A DNA stretch of 64,000 bases from a virus. The notes under the pieces were generated by a model. That model ran no database searches, was not told where the DNA came from, and saw only the letters and a program-made list of their open reading frames with translations. Shown here one piece after another: positions 26,604 through 34,973 of the stretch. The position numbers and the translations under genes were made by a program. Every line of letters starts with the position of its first letter. The first letter of the stretch is position 1. Location: positions 1-64,000 of the IMG/VR virus record IMGVR_UViG_3300035698_010295. One strand, written 5' to 3'.

Positions 26604-28159
26604 TTTGAAAACTCCGATATTACATTGGGGGTGGCAGTATCAAAACCCACAACATCTAACATACCAGGATCGCTTGGATCAGCTATTGAAAACTCAGTGG
26701 GTTCCATAGACACTACAATTAATTTAGCATAGATACCTGTTTTCTTGCGATACTTTAATAAAGCTTGTACTGGGTGAATACCACCACACCAAGTTTCATT
26801 ATCGGTATAGATAACAAACGTGTCTACACTTATATTGTGTTCTAAAGCATAGATCATTGGTAATGAGCAGTCTGTCCTACCAAAAGGTAAACCTTTTACC
26901 GTTTTTACAACATCATCAAGTCTTTGTCTAGGAGATATATTTAATGTTGTTAATCTACTTGTAAAAGCTGTAATCACATAATTAGGCTCCACACTAGCAG
27001 TGATTAGAGCCATAGCTGCTGTGCCAATCCGTGGTGAAATACCAGTCATACCTGCAAGATCAGTGTGACTCATTGAACTTGATACATCTAAGGCTAACAT
27101 TGTACGTTTACACGTTGGTTTAACAGTGTCAAAAGAAAGATAGAAAGCTTGATCGAGTGCATCAATAATACTGGTGTTTGGACTCCAAGATAATGAGCCT
27201 TTAAAACCATGTCCCTTAGTGTATGTGTTTAGTGCCACAAGTATAGAGAGTGGATGTACTCTAGCCTTTTTGAGTTGATCTTTGTCTGTTAATCTTTGAA
27301 CTATTAGATTAGCAGACATTGGACCTATAGTACCGACAGATGTCATTTTGCCAAGGTTGCGAATCATAGCAGTCAGTGGCATTTTTTCTAGCAGAGCATC
27401 CCAGATATTTTTGTTGTTTAGCATCTCAGTAGGGATAGCTTCACGAGGTAAATTGTATGCCCTGATCATGTTATATAGGATTTCTGACTCACAAATTTGT
27501 GCATCTTCATACGCTCGTACTATGGCAGGTGCAGTTGGTGTAAGTTTGCCTTGTGTTATCCAGTGATACAAAGATTGATATGTTGAATTTGGTGGTATGG
27601 GATGACTCTTACGTAGAGCATCTCTATGTGACCAGCCATCTCTTTGTCGATATTTTATACATTGGTAAGCTAAAGCATCTACATCCTTGTCATTATACCA
27701 ATTAGCTACAGCAGTACGTAATAAGCGACCCCACCCGCGGAATTGTTGAACAAATTCCAAGAAATGAAATAGATGTGTACCTATTCTGGCAACCTTGGGC
27801 AACTGAGCCAAGGCGTAGTTCTTTTCATCACCAATACTAGCTGCCATAGCCAAAGCAAAAAGGCAAGGGTCATTTTTAGGTGCCCTGCCTTCAGTACTAA
27901 TCTCAGTGATTTTGTCAATCGTTCTTTTAGCATCCAAATCTAAGCAACGTAAAACACACTTAGCATTATCGCTGGTGAGCTTATGTTCTTTAACATAGTA
28001 AGTGCCACCCTCTGAGCCTAGGATTAAGAATCTCTCAAGACGGTACCAATCACTAATTGACCAGACAAAGCCTCCGGCATTGTTGCCAACCTGGTTAGAA
28101 CCAGGGATTGCCTCCGATTGTGGTGTTACTAGTGTGCTAAAATTCTGGTAAGTCTTCAT
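26600..28159 (-). CDS. rsr: Ro60 / TROVE-vWA RNA-binding protein (Rsr-like)
   Basis: NNAGGFV, RFLILGSEGGTYY, GWGR, KYRQRDGWSHRD, MPLTAMIRNLGKM, RVHP, MIDAS DVSSSM, TDCSLPM, TDNETW, DVVGFD; AGGAG SD. Confidence 0.96.
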   Translation of the reverse strand: MKTYQNFSTLVTPQSEAIPGSNQVGNNAGGFVWSISDWYRLERFLILGSEGGTYYVKEHKLTSDNAKCVLRCLDLDAKRTIDKITEISTEGRAPKNDPCLFALAMAASIGDEKNYALAQLPKVARIGTHLFHFLEFVQQFRGWGRLLRTAVANWYNDKDVDALAYQCIKYRQRDGWSHRDALRKSHPIPPNSTYQSLYHWITQGKLTPTAPAIVRAYEDAQICESEILYNMIRAYNLPREAIPTEMLNNKNIWDALLEKMPLTAMIRNLGKMTSVGTIGPMSANLIVQRLTDKDQLKKARVHPLSILVALNTYTKGHGFKGSLSWSPNTSIIDALDQAFYLSFDTVKPTCKRTMLALDVSSSMSHTDLAGMTGISPRIGTAAMALITASVEPNYVITAFTSRLTTLNISPRQRLDDVVKTVKGLPFGRTDCSLPMIYALEHNISVDTFVIYTDNETWCGGIHPVQALLKYRKKTGIYAKLIVVSMEPTEFSIADPSDPGMLDVVGFDTATPNVISEFSK

Positions 28160-28178
28160 AATAGTCTCCTAAATAAAA

Positions 28179-28249
28179 TGGATAAGTTGTGTTAATAGAT
28201 ATGCGTGGGTACGAACCCACTATCTTGGTAACCTATTAACTTCGACCCA
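28179..28249 (-). ncRNA. Y RNA-like Y1 (Ro-binding stem plus a tRNA T-arm in the loop)
   Basis: TGGGTCGAA-GTTAATAGG-TTACC..GTGGG-TTCGTA-CCCAC..TCTATTAAC-ACAACTTATCCA. Confidence 0.8.
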
Positions 28250-28250
28250 A

Positions 28251-28374
28251 ACCAGAGGGCAGGACTCGAACCTGCGACCACGCTATTAAAATTAGATAAC
28301 CAACAATTGCCGACCCAAAAGGATAAGTTATTAACTGTCGAGTTTACGTGCTCTGCCAACTGAGCTACCTCTGG
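28251..28374 (-). ncRNA. tRNA-Y RNA chimera Y2 (tRNA body with a permuted Ro stem at the anticodon position)
   Basis: Acceptor CCAGAGG/CCTCTGG, D arm GCTC-AGTTGGCA-GAGC, T arm GCAGG-TTCGAGT-CCTGC; insert TCGACAGTT-AATAACTTATCC-TTTT-GGGTCGGC-AATTGTTGG-TTATCT. Confidence 0.85.
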
Positions 28375-28377
28375 TAA

Positions 28378-28502
28378 TGTGCGGGGTGGGAGTCGAACCC
28401 ACTATCTTCAGACCCTAGATAATCAATAACCTTCGACCCTATTGGGTTAGTTTATGGCTATCGAGTGTTTATTCTGACGCTCAACCGTTGAGCTTCCCGC
28501 AC
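28378..28502 (-). ncRNA. tRNA-Y RNA chimera Y3
   Basis: Acceptor GTGCGGG/CCCGCAC, D arm GCTC-AACGGTT-GAGC, anticodon stem TCAGA/TCTGA, T arm GTGGG-TTCGACT-CCCAC; insert TCGATAGCC-ATAAACTAACCC-AATA-GGGTCGAA-GGTTATTGA-TTATCT. Confidence 0.85.
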
Positions 28503-28506
28503 TACA

Positions 28507-28566
28507 GACGAGCAAGTTATTGTTCTGGGGATTCTTAAGCAGATAACCCAGAACATTCGGCTCGTC
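28507..28566 (-). ncRNA. Minimal Y RNA-like Y4
   Basis: GACGAGCCGAA-TGTTCTGGG-TTATCT...CCCAGAACA-ATAACTTGCTCGTC. Confidence 0.85.
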
Positions 28567-28579
28567 ACAATTTAATCAA

Positions 28580-28819
28580 TCATAGGTTTAATAGGGTATT
28601 GATTATAACTTCTTTGACTTTTTCATCAAGTGCTTCAACTTCTGCTAATAAGGCAGCAGGAAAGATAATTTCTTTATCACTACTGTAAGTGCTTGAGTTA
28701 AAAGTTTCTGTAGCTACAATTTTATCACCCAATTTAACAGAGTAAGTGCCCATCAACTTTTTTTTATTAGTGTCTTTTTCTTCATAACGCCATGATTTTG
28801 TTTCAATAGTTAGATTCAT
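28580..28819 (-). CDS. Hypothetical protein within the Y RNA locus
   Basis: 79-aa ORF, ATGA-coupled. Confidence 0.6.
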   Translation of the reverse strand: MNLTIETKSWRYEEKDTNKKKLMGTYSVKLGDKIVATETFNSSTYSSDKEIIFPAALLAEVEALDEKVKEVIINTLLNL

Positions 28820-29130
28820 CTTCCCTCACAATCTGAACAAGCACAACCAACACTGTGATTTGAGTCCGCTGTTAATATTACTCCAATATGTTTTAAAAGT
28901 TTGTTTAGTTGATCATCTGTGTGATCATACCAAGGTGGATTAATTATTAGTCGATCATCTTTAACAAACACATGAAATTTACATGATCGCCCTTTTACGT
29001 AATCCATGTGTATTGATTTATCAGGTTGAATAAACGCTAATGCTTCGTCAGCTGTAAGTTGATCACCCTGTTGAAAGTGTAGTAGACCCAATCCTAGTGG
29101 TTTAGAAAGGTCATACACTTTTTTAATCAT
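28816..29130 (-). CDS. Hypothetical protein within the Y RNA locus
   Basis: 104 aa; MDYVKGRSCK and a C-terminal H..GCACSDC metal-binding motif. Confidence 0.6.
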   Translation of the reverse strand: MIKKVYDLSKPLGLGLLHFQQGDQLTADEALAFIQPDKSIHMDYVKGRSCKFHVFVKDDRLIINPPWYDHTDDQLNKLLKHIGVILTADSNHSVGCACSDCEGR

Positions 29131-29337
29131 TTGATTTGGTCAACATTTGTAACATCAATCATAATAGTTTCCTTTAATAATTATTCTTCGTCATCATCAC
29201 CAATTAACAATGAATCCAAACACACCACACAGTAATTTGGATCATCAAATTCATCTAACTCACAATCACAAATTTGACAATTTGCCATAACTATCTCCTT
29301 AATATTTAATAAAACAGTGACCATTGAAAACAAAATA

Positions 29338-29396
29338 AGGGCAAGTGATTTATTGTGGGAGAAATCACCTAAAGATAACCCACAACATTCGGCCCT
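29338..29396 (-). ncRNA. Minimal Y RNA-like Y5
   Basis: AGGGCCGAA-TGTTGTGGG-TTATCT...CCCACAATA-AATCACTTGCCCT, followed by a T-rich tract. Confidence 0.85.
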
Positions 29397-29399
29397 AAC

Positions 29400-29463
29400 G
29401 GCCCCTTGTGGTGTAGCTCCACTATAGCGTATATTTTCATATACATTGGTTCAACCAGGGGCC
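29400..29463 (-). ncRNA. Mini-cloverleaf (tRNA-like) RNA
   Basis: Closing stem GGCCCCT/AGGGGCC with three arms, including GTATAT-GAAA-ATATAC and GTGG-AGCTACA-CCAC. Confidence 0.5.
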
Positions 29464-29472
29464 TTAAAAAAG

Positions 29473-29550
29473 TAGGGCAAAATTATGTCAATTGGTAATT
29501 GAGATTAGCTTTAAAAACTGTTATGTGATAACCAACTAACTTCGGCCCTA
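29473..29550 (-). ncRNA. Y RNA-like Y6
   Basis: TAGGGCCGAA-GTTAGTTGG-TTATCA...CCAATTGAC-ATAATTTTGCCCTA, then CTTTTTT. Confidence 0.8.
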
Positions 29551-29763
29551 ACATTTAACTTGGTTCCCCCAAACAGAACATCACCCCTTATTCTTTTCGG
29601 ACATAGCTACTACGTCAATACCCTGTTGGCGTACCATTTCTTCCTTAGTGATTCTGCGAGCAATGATGTTGACCTCAAGATCTGCGTCAATATTTACACC
29701 ATCTTCATTAAAATACTTGTTTGTTTGTTCGATTCTGTGAGTAGACATAATTAATACCTTTAA

Positions 29764-30102
29764 TTAGAGTTTTAAAAATTGCCACCAATTACATGATTTG
29801 AATAATTTTTCATACTCAGCATCAGTTGCGTCCGTCAAAATCCATATACCTGAACCGTTTGCTACAATTTGGGGGAACCATTCTAACTGTGCTGGTGTAA
29901 ATTGATAATTTGTCAGGTTCTTAACTTCAACCCAACGTGGTCCATATCTTCTGTGTGTACAAAATAAATCTGGGAAACCACTCTGGAACATTGAGCCATG
30001 AGTGGGTTTAACTAACCATTCCCGGATTCTGAGATATTCAATAATAGATTTTTGAATATAGTACTCAGGTCCGTGCTTTTTCTTTGCTTGGAATGATTTC
30101 AT
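29764..30102 (-). CDS. VRR-NUC domain nuclease (Holliday junction resolvase-like)
   Basis: E..IQ, GFPDL, WVEVK, TPAQ..W motifs. Confidence 0.85.
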   Translation of the reverse strand: MKSFQAKKKHGPEYYIQKSIIEYLRIREWLVKPTHGSMFQSGFPDLFCTHRRYGPRWVEVKNLTNYQFTPAQLEWFPQIVANGSGIWILTDATDAEYEKLFKSCNWWQFLKL

Positions 30103-30380
30103 TTAAAAGGAACCTTGCGTATGTTACATAAATCAAGGACCAATAGCTAGAGTCAATGTCTATAGCCTTCCATATAAAATATTGTGGTTCTTTGATTATA
30201 CTTGTTATTGTACAAGAACTGATCTCTGAAATCACTGAAGCGATATTTTTTTGAGTGTGATTGCCATTCAATAAGCTATAGATCATAAATCTACTAGCAC
30301 TGCGTAAAGTTCCATAAGCACGAGCAGTTTGAAACTTACACAATTCTTCCCTGGCCCTACATTGGAAATAATCGCTTGAG

Positions 30381-30683
30381 CTATTCAGGATTATCTGATT
30401 TGTCGGTGCTTTCAGTTGGAGGTCCACCCTCTTCAACAGTCGTGATGCCACTCTTTTGTTGTAATTTTGTTTTGATTTCATTTTGAGTTATAATACCTTT
30501 CTCTATAAGGATGTCTAATACCACATTAAAAATTATATTTGCTTGTTTTAGTTGTTTAATATCTTTTTCTGTTTCATTGGCAAAATCTCCTACACCCTCA
30601 AAGGCACGAGTGACCTCCTTAAATTGGTTGATAATTGTAGGATGTACTTTAAGGGCTTTTCTTTTTAATTGTCGTTTTGCCAT
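30381..30683 (-). CDS. Hypothetical protein
   Basis: AAGGA SD; 100 aa. Confidence 0.6.
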   Translation of the reverse strand: MAKRQLKRKALKVHPTIINQFKEVTRAFEGVGDFANETEKDIKQLKQANIIFNVVLDILIEKGIITQNEIKTKLQQKSGITTVEEGGPPTESTDKSDNPE

Positions 30684-31032
30684 AAATCTTCCTTGAAAAT
30701 TTAGGTAATTTTTTCCACTCTTCTTTAAAATCTTTAAGTGCTCGATTAAGAATGATTTGTTCAGCTAATCCTTCGACATCCATCATAGTATAAAACGCCC
30801 AAGTTTCCGGTTTAACAAGTGAGTAGGCCTGTTGAAACTCACTATAAATATTGCCTGAAATATGTATCAAGCAAGTATGAACATCAGTGACGTAAACTGA
30901 TTTTACATCTTCGCGGTCCAGTCTTTTAATAATTTGTTTAATAACATTTTCACTAATTTTAGCAGTTTTCAACATGAGTCCAAGTTCTTGAATAAGTCTT
31001 ATGCAATCTTTTGCTCTTTCATCTCTTGTCAT
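30649..31032 (-). CDS. Hypothetical protein
   Basis: GAGG SD; 127 aa. Confidence 0.6.
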   Translation of the reverse strand: MTRDERAKDCIRLIQELGLMLKTAKISENVIKQIIKRLDREDVKSVYVTDVHTCLIHISGNIYSEFQQAYSLVKPETWAFYTMMDVEGLAEQIILNRALKDFKEEWKKLPKFSRKIYGKTTIKKKSP

Positions 31033-31331
31033 AATAACCTCTTAATATGTATTATTAGTGCATCTTTATGCATCTTACTAAAATAAGCTATACCTAATTG
31101 TGATGCCATAGATCTTAATTCAGCCACTGAGTAATCTTCTAATTCATTTTTTAGCCTATCATGAATCACCTTTCTTAAATTTTTTAAATCACATTTATCT
31201 ATTAGTTCTTCTATGTTGGGTATCAATTTCCATGTTTGTTCAAATCTATACGAATTTACAAGATAATCTAAATTACGTAAGGATAGTAATTTATATTTGA
31301 CTTGTGCTTTCATCTGAGTCAAGGTTGTCAT
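31029..31331 (-). CDS. Protein with a C-terminal Rho-N-like motif
   Basis: SVAELRSMASQLGIAYFSKMHKDALI resembles the Rho N-terminal helix motif. Confidence 0.55.
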   Translation of the reverse strand: MTTLTQMKAQVKYKLLSLRNLDYLVNSYRFEQTWKLIPNIEELIDKCDLKNLRKVIHDRLKNELEDYSVAELRSMASQLGIAYFSKMHKDALIIHIKRLL

Positions 31332-31506
31332 TCAGCATATCCTCATCAATTTTATTGGAAGCCATTTTACACATTTTTTCTAGTGCAACACAACAAGAGG
31401 AGTACATTGTTAATTCAAAATTGTGAAGAGGACAATACCTAGACTTATCTCCAAAATAAAGTATAATATCTTGAACTTTAATCCAAAAAGCCACTTCTAT
31501 TGACAT
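31291..31506 (-). CDS. Hypothetical protein
   Basis: AGGAG SD. Confidence 0.5.
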   Translation of the reverse strand: MSIEVAFWIKVQDIILYFGDKSRYCPLHNFELTMYSSCCVALEKMCKMASNKIDEDMLNDNLDSDESTSQI

Positions 31507-31514
31507 TGAAACTC

Positions 31515-33746
31515 CTATTTATCAGCCCACGATTTTAAATTTTTATGCCATTCAATGTTAATCAACGGTATGATAGGTCTGTATTTTTCTATTGTTTGAT
31601 TAACAACTTTCGCAACGTTATCAGCAATCTCTGGGACACAAGGACACATGATTTCATCATGTATATTCATGGGCATTACTTTCCAAGTTGTTACACCGGA
31701 TGGTTGTAAATCCCAGATGGCACATTCAACATTTTTAGTAATCTGAGCACCAGTGCTCTGAATGCGGTGATTAGCAGCTGCTCGCATATTAGCAGCTTGA
31801 ATAGCAAAAGCTGCCCCAAAAAGTGCAGAACGAACTGCTCCACTAGCCGTTTGTTGACGATCACGACGGACAACTTTTATTTTTATATCACACCATTCTT
31901 TAGGTGGTTGTTCTGCTAAATCAAATAAAATTTTACAAATTCTATTTTCAAGTTCAAAATACCTTTTAAAACCAAGCATTGATTCTATGAATATTGCTGG
32001 CTCATGCCACTCAACACGAGTACCGATGCCTCCTGGCTGCTTCATTGAACAAAATTTAGCAAAGACTTTACTACGAGCCTTACCAATTTCTGGGTACATT
32101 TTAATGATTTCTTGATAAGCATCTTCTGCACTATTAATAGGAATACCTACTCTATTAGAAAGTGTATTAGCTTCACCACCATAAATTAAAGCAAAGACAC
32201 CTTGTTTACTTTTATGATATCTATCATCTTCTTGACCTTGGGTTTCTAGTATTTCATCATAGCTCATATCAGGGTAGAAACATTGGCCCAGAAGAGCATG
32301 AATCTTTTTTCCACTCTCCAAGTCTTTCCGGAGTCGTGGATCATTATATTCAGCATCTGCAAGTGTTATTTCGAAACTAATAAAATCACCACCAGAGAGA
32401 TTCATACCTTCTGGGGCCAATGGAAAACAGCTTCTTAATTCCTTTTCATGTCCTATACCTTGAGCATTAAGGCCATCGGCTCCCGACATTCTAGAACTTA
32501 GAGTTCCTATGACTTTAAAAGATGCATGAAATCTACCAGCTTGTAAAAGTTTATCTATAACTTCTATTTTCTTTTTTGCTTTTCTAGCTTCTAAAATTTC
32601 TTTAGCTGCGGCTGCGGCTGGGTGATCATCCCAAGTTAATATCTCTTCGAGAATTTGTCTTTTAGTAGATTCACGAATACATAATTGTTCAGTTTCATTC
32701 ATTTTTGACATTAAGTATTTTTTAGCAATATGTGGCGTAGTTGCAAGAGTCATTTTTTCTTTAAGTAATTCTTGAGATTTTAGTTTTAAATTTTGTAGTT
32801 TATCAAGGTCTAATCTGTAGCCTTTCCAGCGTACAGCACCCACCATACAAGCTAGAATAGAATCGTCGTCATTAGCTAGTGTATGATACTCTGGTGCCCA
32901 ATCATCACTATTAGCATATTGCCTTGGGTTTGAGCGTTTAGCCTCTAACCAACAAAAATACTTATACAAATTTCTAGTGTATCTTACATCATCCTTAGCA
33001 TATTCTATAGCTAGTCTATTATACATCCAAAAGCTCAGATGTTCAGTCAACATATCAGGCCAATATCCCCAGCCTTTACCCGCAAAGGGTGCCCAACCTT
33101 TTTCTTCAACTTTAGCTCCACATTGTAGATCATCGAACTTGCGTACTTCTAAACCAAGAGCATCAACAGCTAGTGCTTTTAAAGCAGAAGATGGCTTAAA
33201 TCCTAAAACAACATCTTTAAAGTTAGGATCAATATCACCTAAATCATTTTTTACATCGAAGACTTTCCACCGCTCTGTTGGGTCTTGTTTCCTAGCAAAG
33301 TAGATGTCATTGAATGGGATTTTTCTGCCAAGCTCTGAAGCCAACATCCAAGCAAGAGGAGTTGGCACACGTTTAATACGTACATCGCTCCTATCCATTG
33401 TAGATTGGTATGGACCTTTTCTTGCATGGAGCATAAGATCAAAAGCACCGATAGGCTTGATACAAAAGCCATCGCGGGAAGCCAACTCTCCTTTAGCAAT
33501 TTCCGATATATCAGGAATACCAATGTGGTTGACAAAAAGATTATACAACTTACAAATATGAAACCAATCAAAAGCCAAATTAAAACCAACGATAGTGTCA
33601 TTGCAAAATTCCTCTATAAGAGATAGTGTTTCGGATATTGGTTCTTCCCATGGGTAATATAGTTGTATAGGTCCATCATCTTTAGCATATTGAATCAAAC
33701 ATATTACACCATGAAAACCACAGGTTTCAGTATCAAGGAAGATCAT
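31515..33746 (-). CDS. polA: Family A DNA polymerase with 3'-5' exonuclease
   Basis: ExoI DTET, ExoII FNLAFD, ExoIII YAKDD; polymerase motifs DFISFE, K...FALIYGG, NHRIQSTGA, IHDE. Confidence 0.93.
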   Translation of the reverse strand: MIFLDTETCGFHGVICLIQYAKDDGPIQLYYPWEEPISETLSLIEEFCNDTIVGFNLAFDWFHICKLYNLFVNHIGIPDISEIAKGELASRDGFCIKPIGAFDLMLHARKGPYQSTMDRSDVRIKRVPTPLAWMLASELGRKIPFNDIYFARKQDPTERWKVFDVKNDLGDIDPNFKDVVLGFKPSSALKALAVDALGLEVRKFDDLQCGAKVEEKGWAPFAGKGWGYWPDMLTEHLSFWMYNRLAIEYAKDDVRYTRNLYKYFCWLEAKRSNPRQYANSDDWAPEYHTLANDDDSILACMVGAVRWKGYRLDLDKLQNLKLKSQELLKEKMTLATTPHIAKKYLMSKMNETEQLCIRESTKRQILEEILTWDDHPAAAAAKEILEARKAKKKIEVIDKLLQAGRFHASFKVIGTLSSRMSGADGLNAQGIGHEKELRSCFPLAPEGMNLSGGDFISFEITLADAEYNDPRLRKDLESGKKIHALLGQCFYPDMSYDEILETQGQEDDRYHKSKQGVFALIYGGEANTLSNRVGIPINSAEDAYQEIIKMYPEIGKARSKVFAKFCSMKQPGGIGTRVEWHEPAIFIESMLGFKRYFELENRICKILFDLAEQPPKEWCDIKIKVVRRDRQQTASGAVRSALFGAAFAIQAANMRAAANHRIQSTGAQITKNVECAIWDLQPSGVTTWKVMPMNIHDEIMCPCVPEIADNVAKVVNQTIEKYRPIIPLINIEWHKNLKSWADK

Positions 33747-33747
33747 G

Positions 33748-34602
33748 TTACACCTTTTTGCTATAGTCTAATCCTTCTCTTGGTATTATATATGATGGAT
33801 CCAACTCATTCAGATCCAAGAAAACATCCATATCCGTTATTTCACCAGCGGCCCAAGCTAAAACACGGGTTGCTATACCTTCATTGTTGGTATTTAGTAG
33901 GTGCTCAATCATTACGAAACATTCTTTACGATTCCGTGCATGTTTAACTTGCGATGGTTTCTTTGGTAAATAACCTTTTTCACGTTTCTTTATATTATAA
34001 GCTTCACCACGTAATTTAGCTTCTTTAGCTTTTTTAACCTCACCATAAATAACTTCTGGTGGTGCACCCTTGTGTAACAGGCTGTAAATATCTCTAACCT
34101 GTGTCTGATTTATTAAACCAGCTGCACACTCATCTTGAATGTCTTTAGGTAATTTAAGTAATAAACAACGAACCTGCACCCAACCTCTAGATGTCGAAGT
34201 TAATTTATTAGCAATGTCAGTCTCTGTAAGACCTAAATCAAAAAGTGGTTTAATAGCAAAAGCTTCTTCCAATACATTTAAATCTTTACGTGCGAGATTT
34301 TCATTAAGATTAAGTATACGAGCATCAACATCATTTAGGTCAGTTCTAATTATGCAATGTATTTTACTAAATTTAATGTCATCATTAGCTAAAATCATAT
34401 GTGCTTTAAAACGACGATGACCAGCTATTACCTTATATTGTTTTACACCTTGAACCGATGGTACAATGACAATAGGTTGAATAAGACCTTGTTCTTGTAT
34501 TGATTTAGCTAAATCAATAACTTGTGTGAACTGTATTTGGTCACGAGAATTAAATTCTTCATCCATCCAAATATTTGTTAACTCTATATCTACTATTTGC
34601 AT
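33748..34602 (-). CDS. ParB/RepB/Spo0J-family protein
   Basis: GLIQPIVI, IAGHRRFKA, NENLARKDL, then an HTH. Confidence 0.9.
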   Translation of the reverse strand: MQIVDIELTNIWMDEEFNSRDQIQFTQVIDLAKSIQEQGLIQPIVIVPSVQGVKQYKVIAGHRRFKAHMILANDDIKFSKIHCIIRTDLNDVDARILNLNENLARKDLNVLEEAFAIKPLFDLGLTETDIANKLTSTSRGWVQVRCLLLKLPKDIQDECAAGLINQTQVRDIYSLLHKGAPPEVIYGEVKKAKEAKLRGEAYNIKKREKGYLPKKPSQVKHARNRKECFVMIEHLLNTNNEGIATRVLAWAAGEITDMDVFLDLNELDPSYIIPREGLDYSKKV

Positions 34603-34778
34603 AATTTTCCTATGATTTTATCCCCACAAGTTATTATCCCGTTCGTATTTTGAAACCAAGCACAAACTTTTGTACACTGGATAAAGTCTTCATTGCCTTT
34701 GTCCTTTAAAGGACAAGTCACTAGCCAATTATCCTCAGACGTTAAAAAGCCATTTTCATTAATCTTTATCACTCTCAT
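34593..34778 (-). CDS. Small Cys-rich protein
   Basis: CP...CTKVCAWF...C. Confidence 0.6.
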   Translation of the reverse strand: MRVIKINENGFLTSEDNWLVTCPLKDKGNEDFIQCTKVCAWFQNTNGIITCGDKIIGKLCK

Positions 34779-34973
34779 TTTGGCACCACAGTTTGCTCCA
34801 TAGCATCTTTGATGCCTTCAAAAAATTGATTTAATAAACCAATTTTGACACCTTTACAAAAGATGAAATTTTCATTTTTATCAAACCAAGCACACCTTGT
34901 AATGACAAACTTTTTTTGAGTTAAAAGGGAAATCAAAGCCATGACTACAATTTATCTTTACTCCATCAATCAT
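34775..34973 (-). pseudogene. Frameshifted paralog of 34593..34778
   Basis: MIDGVKINC...VCHYK, then one extra G (~34895), then CAWFDKNENFIFCKGVKIG, which matches CTKVCAWF...C...IG of the neighbour. Confidence 0.45.

Noticed and set aside
28321-28439. A canonical YrlA formed across the Y3/Y2 boundary
   Set aside because: The acceptor halves (CCCGCAC and CCAGAGG) do not pair, and the cross-unit 9-bp stem has a mismatch, whereas within-unit pairing is complete.
28251-28502. Ordinary tRNAs with introns
   Set aside because: The inserts are far too short for group I introns, show no clear bulge-helix-bulge, and match the Y module found in the neighbouring stand-alone RNAs.
28179-29550. CRISPR array or simple terminators as an explanation for the recurring GATAAC...TTCG(G/A)CCC motif
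   Set aside because: Copies differ in sequence but covary in pairing, spacing is irregular, and there are no cas genes. Adjacency to Ro60 explains them as Y-like RNAs.
30065-30481. 138-aa ORF as given in the track
   Set aside because: It overlaps both neighbours substantially and I could not place a credible start; the gap is probably coding, but the boundaries are unsupported.
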